A stretch of 64,000 nt of DNA from positions 4,278,001 through 4,342,000 of the forward strand of contig CATNEN010000038.1 in NCBI GenBank assembly GCA_950097015.1. Reading direction: 5' to 3'. Below the pieces are notes generated by a model. That model was not told the DNA's origin, ran no database searches, and was given only the letters and a program-made list of their open reading frames with translations. Numbering within the stretch: the stretch's first letter is position 1; the number at the start of each line of letters is the position of its first letter. The stretch comes from Macrostomum hystrix. Its lineage: Eukaryota > Animalia > Platyhelminthes. Positions 37,401 through 47,520 of the stretch are shown here, piece after piece. The translations under genes and the position numbers were made by a program.

Positions 37401-40400
37401 AAGTACAAGATTCATGAGCCTCTGGAAGGTTCCTGGGGCATTGGACAAACCTTGCGCCATAACCTCATACTCAAACTGGCCTCGGGTTAAAGTAGAGAAG
37501 GCGGTCATGAACTTGTGTTCTTCCTTTATCGGCACCTGCCAATAACCAGAATTCAAATCGAGACTACTAAAGTACTGACTACCAGATAAATAGGTGAAAG
37601 TCTGGTGGATGTTAGGAAGCGGATACGGAACATAGTTCACCTTCGAGTTTAACACTCTGAAATCACTTACAATCCGTATGGATCCGTCCTTTTTCGGCAC
37701 AATGACTAGTGGTGTAGAATAAGTTGAATAACTGGGCCTGATTAAATTTTTAGCCAACATGTCATCCAACTGTGTGTCGACTTGCTTTTGGAGATGGGGT
37801 GGTATTCTCCTAGTTGGGATCCTCACGGGAGTCTCATCCTTCAGTGAGATCTCATGTGTGATCAGATGGGTTAAACCCATATCCAACTCATTCTGTGAAA
37901 AAGCTTCACGATGCTCTTTCATCAATTCAATCACTGACTTCCTTTGATCATCGGTAAGATCTTGACCAATCTTGACCTCATGGATCCACGCATCTTCCAC
38001 AGTCTGTGTCTGATTGACTCGTCCGGTAGGTTGACTGACTACTTCTTTTTCGGCTTCGAAATATTTCAACTCACTTGCCTTCACTGGTTTGGCTAGGCCT
38101 ACCAATGTTGACTTCGACAGCTTCACCTCAACTGAATTGTTATTCACAATCTCCACAATGGCGGAACCTTCTCGCATTGTGACTAGAGTGGGAGCCATCT
38201 CGACTGTCAATTCTTTGGCTTTTACGCCTTCGCCAATCATACTCACTGTCATAGGTGTTCCAAAATTGCACTCGGCATCTCTCGCCAATCTCACTGGGAT
38301 TCTCAATGCACTATTTGCAGGAATCACTACTTTCTCCTGAGTATACACTCTGCATACTTTTACAGGTAGATGAGTGAACTGCATAGGAATGCTTGCTCCT
38401 TCATTTAGAATCAACATGCCTTTAGCAAGATGAATGCTATCACAATGTCCTAGGAAAAATTCCATTCCTAAGATATTGTCGCTCTCATGTCCACACAAAA
38501 GGAATTCTATTTCTATCTGGATGTCTCCGAATCTAACTGGAATACAACTCTCGCCTTCCAATTGTACTCTGGTTCCGTCGAAAGTAGAGACTCGCTTGTC
38601 TGTACTTCTTATCTGTTCTGGCTTAAGTAATTTTGACCAAATAGATTTGCTCAAAAAGCTGTTCCTAGCCCCTGTGTCTAGGATGAAATTAATTTCCTGA
38701 TTCTTAAATTTTCCTACAATTACTGCTTCAAATCCTTCAGGTTTAATAAGTTCTAGTTTAGAATTATAAACAAATACTTTGCGTTTGTTCTCACGTGTCC
38801 TTGAGTATTTTCCAGATGTTGCGGCGGCTGATCTCGGTGCTGATACTTCGGAAGCTGGTTCCTCCAGGATTGACATGCAGGGGGCTGACGCAATGGTTGC
38901 TGATACAGATGCCGCTGGGGCTAACGCAATGGGTGCTGACGCAGATGGTGCTGACGCAATGGGTGCTGACGCAGATGGTGCTAACGCAGATGGTGCTAAC
39001 GCAAATGGTGCTGACGCAGATGGTGCTGACGCAATAGGTGCTGACGCAGATGGTGCTGACGCAGGGTAACTCGATTGCTTTTGTGCATTACGCAAATTCG
39101 ACGACTGGGCTTGGTATCGCCGATTCTTAGAGGCCTGAGGTTCGAATCGGGATTTACTAGAGGGGCGCGGCCTCGACTCTCGTCCCTCGATATTCAGTTT
39201 CCCTGATATCGGTACTGCTGCTGCTGCTGTGAGCTCTTGCAGTACTTGGCAATATGCCCAACTTTGTTACAGTTAAAACATGTCGGCGGAGGCCTCGACT
39301 GTTGCTGCGGCTTCAGATACGTCTTCGGCTGCATGAGCGGCTGAGGTGTTACCCTCTGGCATTCAGCCTTCCTTCTTTCCTGAATCAGGTCTTCAATTAG
39401 CTTCTTCTGCTTATTGATTTCATACTTCTGCCTCTCGATGGTCTCCTCCATCTTCTTATTCCGATCCTCGTCAACTTGCTCGTCTTTTACGACTCGTACT
39501 CCATTCTTGTGCGACATATGCCACGCTGCTTCTATGCGTCTCAGCATTCTCCTAGCCTCTTGCAGGCTGGCTGGCTGTGCAAATATTAACTTTTCCCTAG
39601 TGTCGGAGGGGATTCTCGCTCCTTTGATGAACTGCTCTACTACCTCCTCCTCCCTTTGTTCTGCATTCATATTGGGGAATGCTTGCGCGGACAACTCAAT
39701 CAAGGCATCTGCGAATGAGTCAACGGGCTCATTCCTCCCTTGCATTCTACCTCTAAATTCCTCCCTAAACTCGGCTGAGCTTCCTAGTCTTCCAAACCTT
39801 TCTACAAGTCTTTCCTTCAACTCCTCATACGTTAAGTCTTCTGGCAGATTCAACCGCTGAACGGCTGCAAATGCAGTCGCGAGGTCTAGATTAGCTAACA
39901 GCTCATTCTTCCTATGTTCATCCTGTTCTAATCCTTCATTGTCGCATCTCTGATCAAATGCTTTGAGCCAAATTCTAATGTCCTGGCTTGGTGTGTACTT
40001 TTGGATCTTTACATGTCTCATGGGTCCTAACTCTAGTCTGTTTCTTAGCTCTTCGGCTAACAAGCCAATAGCATCATTAATTCCTGCGGCCATACCGTTA
40101 TCTTAACTTTTAACTGACTGTGTGCTTTAGCTGGATTCCAATCCTTTACCGCTGCCACCAAGTTGTCGTAGGGCTCCTTTCTGTTATCTTACAGCTGTCA
40201 CTAAGTTGTCGTAGGCCTACCTTCTTAACTCCCACAGCTTTCACCAATTTGTCGTAGGCTCTCTCCTCTTTGGGTTAAATATCACCGATACTCTTTTATT
40301 AAATATTAAAAATTGCTTATTTCACACCTTGGATTACCCTTTGAAATAACTCTTAATTTCCCTTGTCTATGACTTAGTTATTCTTCATAGGCTAGCTATG

Positions 40401-41461
40401 TATCCTCTTATTGCATATGCATATATTGTTTAACTTGGCCAGATAGGCTGCTTTCCTTCCAAAATTGGTAGCGTTCTCACGAGTGTCCGAGCGGCAAGAC
40501 ACTTCTTCCTCTCCTTACTTACTCACAACTGTCTGGCTCTCTGGTTTGTTCCCAGTCTTTCAAGGCTTCCAATGGACTGAAGTTGCCCAACTTTGCACAC
40601 AGTGCTATTCCACCAATCAGGATTTTACCCTCAGCTCTTTAGTTTTACACTCTACTACGGCTTTTTATAACTATCTCCTTCTTTATTCTTTCGAATGTTC
40701 ACCAACTTGTGTATTATCACAGACCTGCTTTTCTCCTTCTCTCTAAAATAATTGAATTCAAACACTTTGAGATTTATTCTCCTTTGTTTTCTCAGAACTG
40801 GGCACGGGGCACCGGTTAAGTTTTCGAGGGCTAAAATGCGCTTGTATTTATACTAAGAATTGAGGTGGATGACAAAGCATAGTAAAACAAAGACAAAAAG
40901 ATCGAGGAAAACATTTGGCGGTAATTCAAGTTAGCAATATACGATAAATTTGGGCCTGCCTCATATTCAACAAATATTGTTGCATGTATTATAAAATTAA
41001 AACAAACTATACTTAAAAAACTAAATTTTAAGAAGCTAAATGTGACATACTTTAGGATCAGGAACATTGTACAGTTATTTTTACAGCTATAACTGTTTTA
41101 GTCCAATTTTTAACACTTTGATGGCTTGAATTATAACTAGCTTATCATTTACTACAATTGTGTAATTGTGTAAATATAATACTTATACAGATAATATTAT
41201 GTGTGTAATACCGCTAACACAAAGGGTGGGTTGCCAAAGTACTTCATTGAAATAATATTTATGGAAAGCATATTATATACTGACCTGAATTTCCTTAACA
41301 TATTTCCTTGGAATAAATCCTGCTTCATCATTCAAACAGCCAAAGTACCAATTCTCATCAACAGGCTGAATAACTATCAGTACATCGTTTTGTTTAAAGC
41401 CCAGTGAATTTTCAGCAGATTTTTTAAAATCATGGATAGCCCGACACATTCCAGTTGACAT
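28420..41461 (-). CDS. NCKIPSD: NCK-interacting protein with SH3 domain (SPIN90/WISH/DIP)
   Basis: Phase-compatible GT-AG exons 41461-41285 (SH3: CRAIHDF..ENWYFG..GFIPRKYV), 31812-31709, 31532-30932 (Pro/Gln-rich), 30842-30713 (WQERGGWSLHEQE), 30058-29741, 29649-29383 (FTEYLLMVFNR), 29283-29111 (DP..PPPHNSVLQFMIDLF..IFYSNDVRVLLDI), 28593-28420. The architecture matches SH3-polyPro-SPIN90/LDB17 domain. Intron 1 contains the LTR element. Confidence 0.9.
30100..30590. repeat. 28-bp minisatellite in NCKIPSD intron
   Basis: Tandem GATGTGCCGCTACTATCCAGGTTTCTTT. Confidence 0.95.
32042..32841 (-). repeat. 3' LTR
   Basis: Direct repeat of 40164-40963, preceded on the minus strand by the PPT. Confidence 0.97.
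32845..32856 (-). other. Polypurine tract
   Basis: Minus-strand ATAGGGGAAGCC, 3 nt before the TG of the 3' LTR. Confidence 0.65.
33020..34192 (-). CDS. Retrotransposon accessory ORF3 (390 aa, unknown function, not env-like)
   Basis: ATG-initiated intact ORF between pol and the 3' LTR. Acidic N-terminus, basic/Pro/Gln low-complexity middle, about 115-aa globular-looking basic C-terminus. No signal peptide or TM segment. Confidence 0.8.
   Translation of the reverse strand: MEQDQEAISASEFEKLLEAVTVDFSDNENTEPDRVEQENGAGNGEDDIIQAIIDEPEGLEAPLRQRTQPSMVGQQPRVNTQKRAATTMQDETANKKRLPSSRLPVYLDATTRLNLLQQQSIAPVAAMEAVQAKPSEAARVTKAIEAPSQEPGRRAAGRRWIAPKPSPQPRPPPKGRHIAPKAIKVPIQYQYRTDLQQQPQSSQPQSSQQQQPQPQPQPPPQPSRKQPQPQQSQQPQPPQQQQPLQQERQFQQSPQPQPNSDTEEDIEMEPAESQEEFARAMAEIPKAQHEHYTRLIRHMKGYVLDAGLYNNDRRYPQRAAIYSAMRVLCDKFARGYCITAWKRAVHYARRVINRSPLPVNRIPLNIELRWMASTVGWPRNERLPTECYFS
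34255..34335 (-). promoter_or_regulatory. Putative internal Pol II promoter for ORF3
   Basis: Minus-strand CCAAT boxes (34335-34331, 34305-34301) and CCTATATAAA (TATA 34262-34255), 63 nt upstream of the ORF3 ATG. Confidence 0.6.
34455..39200 (-). CDS. pol: Pol polyprotein (protease, RT, RNase H, integrase), expressed by -1 frameshift from gag
   Basis: LDTGA; LDLNSGYWQV..QGLSNAP..SYIDDI; LDTDAS..ELLA..RTDH; H-x-H..CxxC and D,D-35-E (HVDFIG, HTDNG, SNGLVERFN). The frame is open upstream to the slippery site at 39203-39197. Confidence 0.97.
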   Translation of the reverse strand, partial: KLNIEGRESRPRPSSKSRFEPQASKNRRYQAQSSNLRNAQKQSSYPASAPSASAPIASAPSASAPFALAPSALAPSASAPIASAPSASAPIALAPAASVSATIASAPCMSILEEPASEVSAPRSAAATSGKYSRTRENKRKVFVYNSKLELIKPEGFEAVIVGKFKNQEINFILDTGARNSFLSKSIWSKLLKPEQIRSTDKRVSTFDGTRVQLEGESCIPVRFGDIQIEIEFLLCGHESDNILGMEFFLGHCDSIHLAKGMLILNEGASIPMQFTHLPVKVCRVYTQEKVVIPANSALRIPVRLARDAECNFGTPMTVSMIGEGVKAKELTVEMAPTLVTMREGSAIVEIVNNNSVEVKLSKSTLVGLAKPVKASELKYFEAEKEVVSQPTGRVNQTQTVEDAWIHEVKIGQDLTDDQRKSVIELMKEHREAFSQNELDMGLTHLITHEISLKDETPVRIPTRRIPPHLQKQVDTQLDDMLAKNLIRPSYSTYSTPLVIVPKKDGSIRIVSDFRVLNSKVNYVPYPLPNIHQTFTYLSGSQYFSSLDLNSGYWQVPIKEEHKFMTAFSTLTRGQFEYEVMAQGLSNAPGTFQRLMNLVLLGIQHQFAMSYIDDIVTYSKNFNDHLSHLKEVFKRLIIAGLKLRPKKCNLFHRELKYLGHVISTEGIRTDETKIEAIKTWPKPKDVKELRSFLGLCNYYSRFIKNYAEAAHPLFQLTRKGIKNFQERWSKEHDEAFESLKNRMMSTEVLAYPEFVDDEKVKMVLDTDASDSRIGAVLSQIQSDGIERPIAYFSRAMKESEKRYPITRKELLALVDAMRHFRFYLLGKKFLARTDHKAIIWLLRQTEAQGILGRWVERLNEFSFDIEHRSGAKNQNADSLSRRPADVPEAEQVIEPIVQSCSVMEESGQEVKANDSLYSLTQPQTALSEGEKKTLDPNSRIQSTISGQGEVRIPSELEHDSSIPLPSPVPEEFNPIESEDMLQATSSKCEKLLTDFLPSPLKREQIIASQRDDPVIKVLIEWKKSGENNPQLPEIVSPELKKMRKFFEDMKVENEMLIISEDDSWKVVLPQSLDKLVLSDLHDSPLAGHLGRDKTIQRVRQRFWRPGLVKAVEAHIAECIPCLESKRGNPIQAPVQSFPISEPFHRLHVDFIGPLSKESKRGHKYVLTIVDSTTRYPFAFPTRNQKSDTVIKILQERIFAEYGQCQWLHTDNGKAFASKQFKAFCEMYNVKHTFTTPYHAQSNGLVERFNKQIKSIVTCLIEKDHSDWDLMIPAALVAVRTSVNKTTGFTPHYLLFGREAVMPVDSEISQPKSFASYPSYVTEHAERLKIANDIVRRKMEKVVSKRQESAQNSKLPKTVPVGSLVLINNPQLDSEESHKFHRKKRAAFRVIEQISDVVFRVQKEEQGQLVGNVMIVHRDNITIVPNSTQEELIRGSQAAPEKKAKKTEVKVRGSQPKEKGRSVLTDEVESEEEEDRLEWQCHFRRNPSEINGEDLELGAEIEVEDESHTEPEATSSEEESESEGTAEGLATATSEGGMYIAQNEEREGVTSRPRRQIRPPARFEGYLQRLATVFSILGNLQI
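39194..40093 (-). CDS. gag: Gag (capsid + CCHC zinc knuckle)
   Basis: Retrotransposon capsid motif (RMQGRNEPVDSFADAL) and CFNCNKVGHIAKYC. Confidence 0.95.
   Translation of the reverse strand: MAAGINDAIGLLAEELRNRLELGPMRHVKIQKYTPSQDIRIWLKAFDQRCDNEGLEQDEHRKNELLANLDLATAFAAVQRLNLPEDLTYEELKERLVERFGRLGSSAEFREEFRGRMQGRNEPVDSFADALIELSAQAFPNMNAEQREEEVVEQFIKGARIPSDTREKLIFAQPASLQEARRMLRRIEAAWHMSHKNGVRVVKDEQVDEDRNKKMEETIERQKYEINKQKKLIEDLIQERRKAECQRVTPQPLMQPKTYLKPQQQSRPPPTCFNCNKVGHIAKYCKSSQQQQQYRYQGN
40148..40160 (-). other. Primer-binding site complementary to tRNA-Leu 3' end
   Basis: TGGTGGCAGCGGT, 3 nt after the 5' LTR; complementary to ..ACCGCTGCCACCA of eukaryotic tRNA-Leu(AAG/TAG). Confidence 0.85.
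40164..40963 (-). repeat. 5' LTR
   Basis: Starts TGAGGCAGG and ends CTACGACA on the minus strand; TATAAATA at 40852-40845; followed by the PBS. Confidence 0.97.
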
Positions 41462-42899
41462 ACTTTTTGGGCTTTTAAATTCTTATCTTTTGTTCGAAAG
41501 CTAAAGCTAAAGCGAAAGCTAAAATGCCTTTTTATTTTTAATGTAAAGCTAAACTTTTTAAATAGTTCTACAATGTGGTTTTTGTTAACTGTAGTTTTTA
41601 ATGAGCATTTGTGTAATGTATTAGTAAAATTCCAATTTTTATATATGTAAAAATAAGACCCTACTAAAAGCTCAATATTTTCTAAGAAAAGACTTCGGTT
41701 TAAAAGGCTGCGTAATCAAAGTTAAACCCTTTTTGCGGTTTAGTTTTGCGTTAATACCGGCGAGGGCAGGCGCGCACCCGGCGCTTCGTCGACTGCCTGC
41801 TAGCAGACGCCCGCGGCAGTTGAGTTGACGTAATACAAGTAGATAAATGTATAAATATGTTCAATCTTGTTTGCCTTAGTAACTACGAGTAATAAAAATA
41901 GACTGTGCTTGTATTCTTGGGAGTATTGGGAGTCTTGGGAGGATCGAAGACGTACTATATAATAGTTAAAGAATTACCGCAAATATAAGACTGTAAATTG
42001 GAATTCAACTTCCAAATGCAATATCAGTACATGGCAGTATATCAGTATATCAGTACTTAAGATATTTCCTATGTTTGACATACGAGACGTCAGTAAAAAT
42101 ATCACTATATCAGCTTTCTCTTTCAACAAATGCTATTGCCCTCTAGATCTTGTAAATATATTTTGTGATATTTGGTATATTAGTTTATTACCGCCAGACT
42201 CGGGGTGTCGTATGGCTTTAAGAATAAATATTGTGCCTGCCTGGATCGAGGTCCTACTGCTAGCTATTTGTTATATAGCTTTACTTTTTTATTTTGAAGC
42301 TCAATACAGGGCGTTATTGCTGGAACTCTGTACTGGTAAAACAATTGTGCATATTACCGTATTCTATACGGCACCATATAGTCACAGTGAACACGTTCAT
42401 TTGAGTCAAGGCAGAAGCGCAGAGAATTTACGAACCGAATATAAAACTTACTGAATCGATTGCACTTCTAACGCGATAATTTTGGCCAAAAAATGTTCCA
42501 CATAAAGTATTCTCAGCAGAAGCTCTGAGGCAGTATCAAACTTAGCTTGCTAACATGCGTGTTTACTATATTATACTGCACTGCATGTGAATATTTATAG
42601 AGCTGTAAAAAATTACTTCTGCATATTGACTGCTTTAAGCTCCAGAATACTGTAATTCGATCCACAATGCGCTTAAAACTGCATAGAGCTGTACGAGTAA
42701 CTTCATTTTCATGATTAATGAGCACGGCAATTTCAGCTTCTTGTTGCCAAATGCGATTGCAATGTTGTTACATTAAATGTACTAGAGCACCTGCAATTAA
42801 GATTCATTACATTAATGCTTTATTATTGCCAAAAAAAGAATTTTCAGTGAGAAGTTTGGCAAGAAAGTTCAAAATACGAGTATTTTAGAGACCCAGGAT

Positions 42900-43870
42900 C
42901 AGGAAGGTTTAAGAGAGGGGAGAGAGGATCTGAAAGGTTTAGGTGGAAGAGGATCTGAAAGGTTTAGGAGGAAGAGGATCTGAAAGGTTTAGGAGGAAGA
43001 GGATCGGGAAGGTTTAGGAGGAAGAGGATCGGGAGGTTTGGGAGAGGGGATCGGGAAGGTTTGGGAGGAACAGGATCGGGAGGTTTGGGAGAGGGGATCG
43101 GGAAGGTTTGGGAGAGAGGAGAGAGGATCGGGAAGGTTTGGGAGGAAGAGGATCGGGTGGTTTGGGATAGTGGATCGGGAAGGTTTAGGAGGAAGAGGAT
43201 CGGGAAGGTTTGAGAGAGAGGAGAGAGGATCGGGAAGGTTTGGGAGGAAGAGGATCGGGTGGTTTGGGATAGTGGATCGGGAAGGTTAGGGAGAGGGGAT
43301 CGGGAAGGTTTGGAAGGAAGAGGACCGGGAAGGTTTGGAAGGAAGGAAGAGGATCGGGAAGTTTGGAAGGAAGAGGATCGGGAGGTTTGGGATAGTGGAT
43401 CGGGAAGGTTAGGGAGAGGGGATCGGGAAGGTTTGGAAGGAAGAGGACCGGGAAGGTTTGGAAGGAAGAGGATCGGGAGGTTTGGAAGGAAGAGGATCGG
43501 GAGGTTTGGGATAGTGGATCGGGAAGGTTAGGGAGAGGGGATCGGGAAGGTTTGGAAGGAAGAGGATCGGGAAGGTTTGGAAGGAAGAGGACCGGGAAGG
43601 TTTGGAAGGAAGAGGATCGGGAAGGTTTGGAAGGAAGAGGATCGGGAGGTTTGGGATAGTGGATCGGGAAGGTTAGGGAGAGGGGATCGGGAAGGTTTGG
43701 AAGGAAGAGGATCGGGAGGTTTGGAAGGAAGAGGATCGGGAGGTTTGGGAGAGCGGATCGGGAGGTTTGGGAGAGCGGATCGGGAGGTTTGGGAGAGCGG
43801 ATCGGGAGGTTTGGGAGAGCGGATCGGGAGGTTTGGGAGAGCGGATCGGGAGGTTTGGGAGGAAGCGGAT
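42900..43870. repeat. Purine-rich minisatellite (about 20-25 bp variable unit)
   Basis: Tandem GGATCGGGAAGGTTTGGAAGGAAGA and variants. Confidence 0.95.
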
Positions 43871-44397
43871 CTGGGAATATGTGAGACATGGATTAGATGA
43901 TCCTGTTTCCCAGCTTTATCTTTGTCTCGTGAAGGATTTGACTGGATTTTGGAACAAGGAGTTAGGGGCGATGAGTCACTGTGTGTGTGGGCGGCCCAGT
44001 CTGTTATTTACGAACACGGAGGACTGGTTGACTGAGAGTACTTTAAGCGGAGACAGACGCGGAGGTTGGGTTGAAAAATGATCTGAGCATCGGATGACTG
44101 TCAAGGCCAACTGAAGCAATAAGGAAATTTCGACCATGACTCATCAAATCATCTTGGGCGGCCAAGACGCGGGATTTAAAAACAGACTCGCAGAATAAGA
44201 GAGCAAGTACTGAGTACTGAGGCGTTAGATTCAAGGACCTCTATTGCGAGAAGTACTCGTAGTATTCTCGATTCAGACTTCGAATCCAGAAAGATTTAGA
44301 AAATGCTTCTTATTTTGCTTAACACAAGGTTATTATATAATACTTGTGACTTACAACTTGTCATAAAAGAAATGACACCAAATACCAGTTGGGCCAC

Positions 44398-44645
44398 TGA
44401 TGTGCAGCAGACAGCACAGCCGAAGCTTTTACTGTGTAGAAGGCTGCGTACGGCTGTTCAGTCCATGGACTGGGGGACGCAACACCCACGTCCCACCCTC
44501 AATTATCCCAGTTCCCAGCTAATGCTGTTACAAATTTAACAGCTAGATGAACTGAAGCTAGAGAAGACAAATGATTCCAATAGAGTAGGGAATCGAACCC
44601 CCGACCTACGAGTCATGTGTGAGTCCAGCGCGCGAAACACTAAGA
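44398..44645 (-). mobile_element. tRNA-derived CORE-like SINE (copy 3, degenerate)
   Basis: Shares GATGTGCAG..GAAGGCTGCGTACGGCTGTTCAGTCCATGGACTGGGGGA..GGGAATCGAACCCCCGACC with copy 1. Confidence 0.75.
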
Positions 44646-46559
44646 ATGCTATCGTAAATTTTGGCTAGGATCAGGAATCGAACTTCACCGCTTAGAAGCG
44701 TAAATTCAGTCAAGGTCTGCTTTTTCTCAAGTTTTTGTCGGGTTTTTATTGCCTTAGGAAGAGGGCTAATTTCCTAATTAGGAAATCAGGACGACCAGCT
44801 CTGTTTTACATGTTTATCCACCGCCCACGCATTTTCTCCACACACTTGCCTTTAAAAATTCTGATTTTGATAAAAATGCGCAATAATATTCACACTCATA
44901 CAGTCCCAATGAAGTACAATTAATGCAAGGACTGTGATTTAGAACAGCACAGAATGTAAATACGGTAAATACGGGAAACCTGCTCAGTCTGCATCTGCAA
45001 CAACAGTAATTAACCCGCCACTAATCACGGTAGAACAGCGTGTCAGTTCGAGACGAAAAAGAGGCTAAAACACTGAAGCTTGTGTTATTTGGCTTGCAAG
45101 CACAGAAATAGCTGAGGCAGAAAGTGCCAGAGACAGACATTGCACTTGACGAACCCACCGGTAAAGCTGACCCAATGTGAGTCCGCGATAAAGTGTTTGT
45201 GGGGAGGACTTGACTGGACTATAAAAAATCAGTTTCATCTGTTTATTAAGAAAATATTTATAGCTCATGACCTCTAAAAGATCCTCGAATGGGAAGGGAC
45301 TGAAGCTGTTTTTCATCATTGATTTTGATTTTGATCAAATCTTGCATTATCCACTTTCCACTAATTTTCTACAGTAGTTCTCAGGCTTACCCGCGAACCT
45401 CCAATGTGGGGGTGGGAGCGAAAATCAATACAAGAGTAAAAAATAGACTGTAGATTTTCCCTCCATGTTTTTTACAATATTCTTGCTTTGCCGTCAACTC
45501 TGTATCTCAAACTGTTTTTCTCGCTCTTCTCTCTCTGTTAGCAAGTCCGCACTCCGCAGACAGCCACCCCTGTCTGGGCCCGCCGCGCCCTGCCCCCAGA
45601 CCGACAACCCTCCATTTCCTCACTATCTCAGTGGCCCACATATTTTTATCACTTTTAAGTCTGCAGCCTTGCCAACCCCACCTCCGCCAGACAGGGCAGG
45701 CTTTTCTAAATCGTCTAGCCCAGAGCAACAACCCCACCCCAAGTCTGTCCCGCCAACCCCATAAGCTTATGCAAACCCTCATTAAAGTTGGGCCCCACAT
45801 GGCGGGCGTCTGCTATAAATCTACGCCTTTTGCACTAGCCGCAGTCGCGTGCGTTAGTTCCAGTCCAGGCAGGGACTCTACACTCCAGTCCACACGCGAG
45901 TCTACACTTTCGTCTGAAAATTGGAGCCTGTTTGTTTATCGCCGATTCGCCAGGTTTTTTATCTTCAATTTCATTTTGAGCTTGCTAGACTAGAAGACCA
46001 CATTAGCTAGTTCTCATTCTTTTCTCACGTTCTCTACTCAATCAACTCTGTACGCGGCCATCGCCCCGCTGTCTCTACAAGTCATAGCTAGTTTAGCCCT
46101 GGAATAAAAGTACAGTCTGCTCAGCAGACTCCAGACAGGTCAGACAGAAAAGACTGTCCAGTCAATTCTTGTTGCTTTGTGCCTCAGTCCAGGTAAAGTA
46201 AGTAGAAGTATTTGCCTTGTTTTTTGCTGTCTCACTGATTGCGTCGCAGCTGCGCAATGACGAAGAGAATCGCAATTTGTGAAGATAGGATAATAAACAA
46301 TTGAAGCTCTCGTCAGACGGCTCAAATCCCTGAGACGTTAACCTTGCCTATGAACTGAAGATGTGAATTGAGCCTGATTTCATTTTAATTTTGGTTTCAA
46401 TCTCAAATAGGCAAGTTACCGACTCAAGGGATGTGGCCTCTGCATGATCAGCGCCCCTACACATGTGATCAGTTTATCCTCGGCCATGAAACATTACTCA
46501 GTGTGTCATGGTATTGCCAATCTGTTATTTGTTATCCGAGAGTTAATTGCTAACCCACA

Positions 46560-47520
46560 ATTTCCTAAACTGCTAACCTACCATTTCCCAAACTGCAAAC
46601 CTACCATTTCCTAAACTGCTAACCTACCATTTCCTAAACTGCTAACCTACCATTTCTTAAACTGCTAACCTACCATTTCCCAAACTGCTAACCTGCCATT
46701 TACTAAACTGCTAACCTACCATTTCCTAAACTGCTAACCTACCATTTCCTAAACTGCTAACCTACCATTTCCTAAACTGCTAACCTACCATTTCTTAAAC
46801 TGCTAACCTACCATTTCCTAAACTGCTAACCTGCCATTTCTTAAACTGCTAACCTACCATTTCCCAAACTGCTAACCTGCCATTTCTTAAACTGCTAACC
46901 TGCCATTTCTTAAACTGCTAACCTGCCATTTCTTAAACTGCTAACCTGCCATTTCCTAAACTGCTAACCTGCCATTTCTTAAACTGCTAACCTGCCATTT
47001 CTTAAACTGCTAACCTACCATTTCCTAAACTGCTAACCTGCCATTTCTTAAACTGCTAACCTACCTTTTCCTAAACTGCTAACCTACCATTTCCTAAACT
47101 GTGCACCATTTTCTTAACCATGTCCCTCCACCATTTGCTGATCTATGTCTATCCACTATTTCCTAATCTATCTCTATCCACTATTTCCTATTCTATGTCT
47201 ATCCACCATAATCCAATCTATGCCTATCCACCATTTGCTAATCTATGTCTTTCCACAGTTTCCTCATCTACGTCTATCCACCACTTGCTAATCTAATTCT
47301 ATCCACTATTTCCTTATCTATGTCTATCCACCATTTCCTAATCCATGTCTATCCACAATTTCCTAAACTATGTCTATTCATTATTTCCTATTCATGTCTA
47401 TGCAAAATTTACTAAACTATTTCTATTCATTATTTCCTAATCTGTCTATCCACCATTTACTAATCCATATCTATCGACCACTTACTTATCTATGTCTATC
47501 CACCATTTCCTAATCCTAAT
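46560..47520. repeat. 23-bp minisatellite grading into a related degenerate array
   Basis: ACCATTTCCTAAACTGCTAACCT to about 47100, then CTATGTCTATCCACCATTTCCTAAT-like units. Confidence 0.9.

Larger units (their letters stand above)
32042..40963 (-). mobile_element. Full-length Ty3/Gypsy LTR retrotransposon with an additional ORF
   Basis: Two 800-bp TG..CA LTRs with no differences seen by eye; TATT TSD (32038-32041, 40964-40967); PBS; PPT; gag with CCHC; pol in PR-RT-RH-IN order; third ORF before the 3' LTR. Confidence 0.97.

Noticed and set aside
45400-45800. GC-rich segment weakly resembling 17750-18000, possible repeat family
   Set aside because: Similarity is too patchy to define termini or a family by eye.
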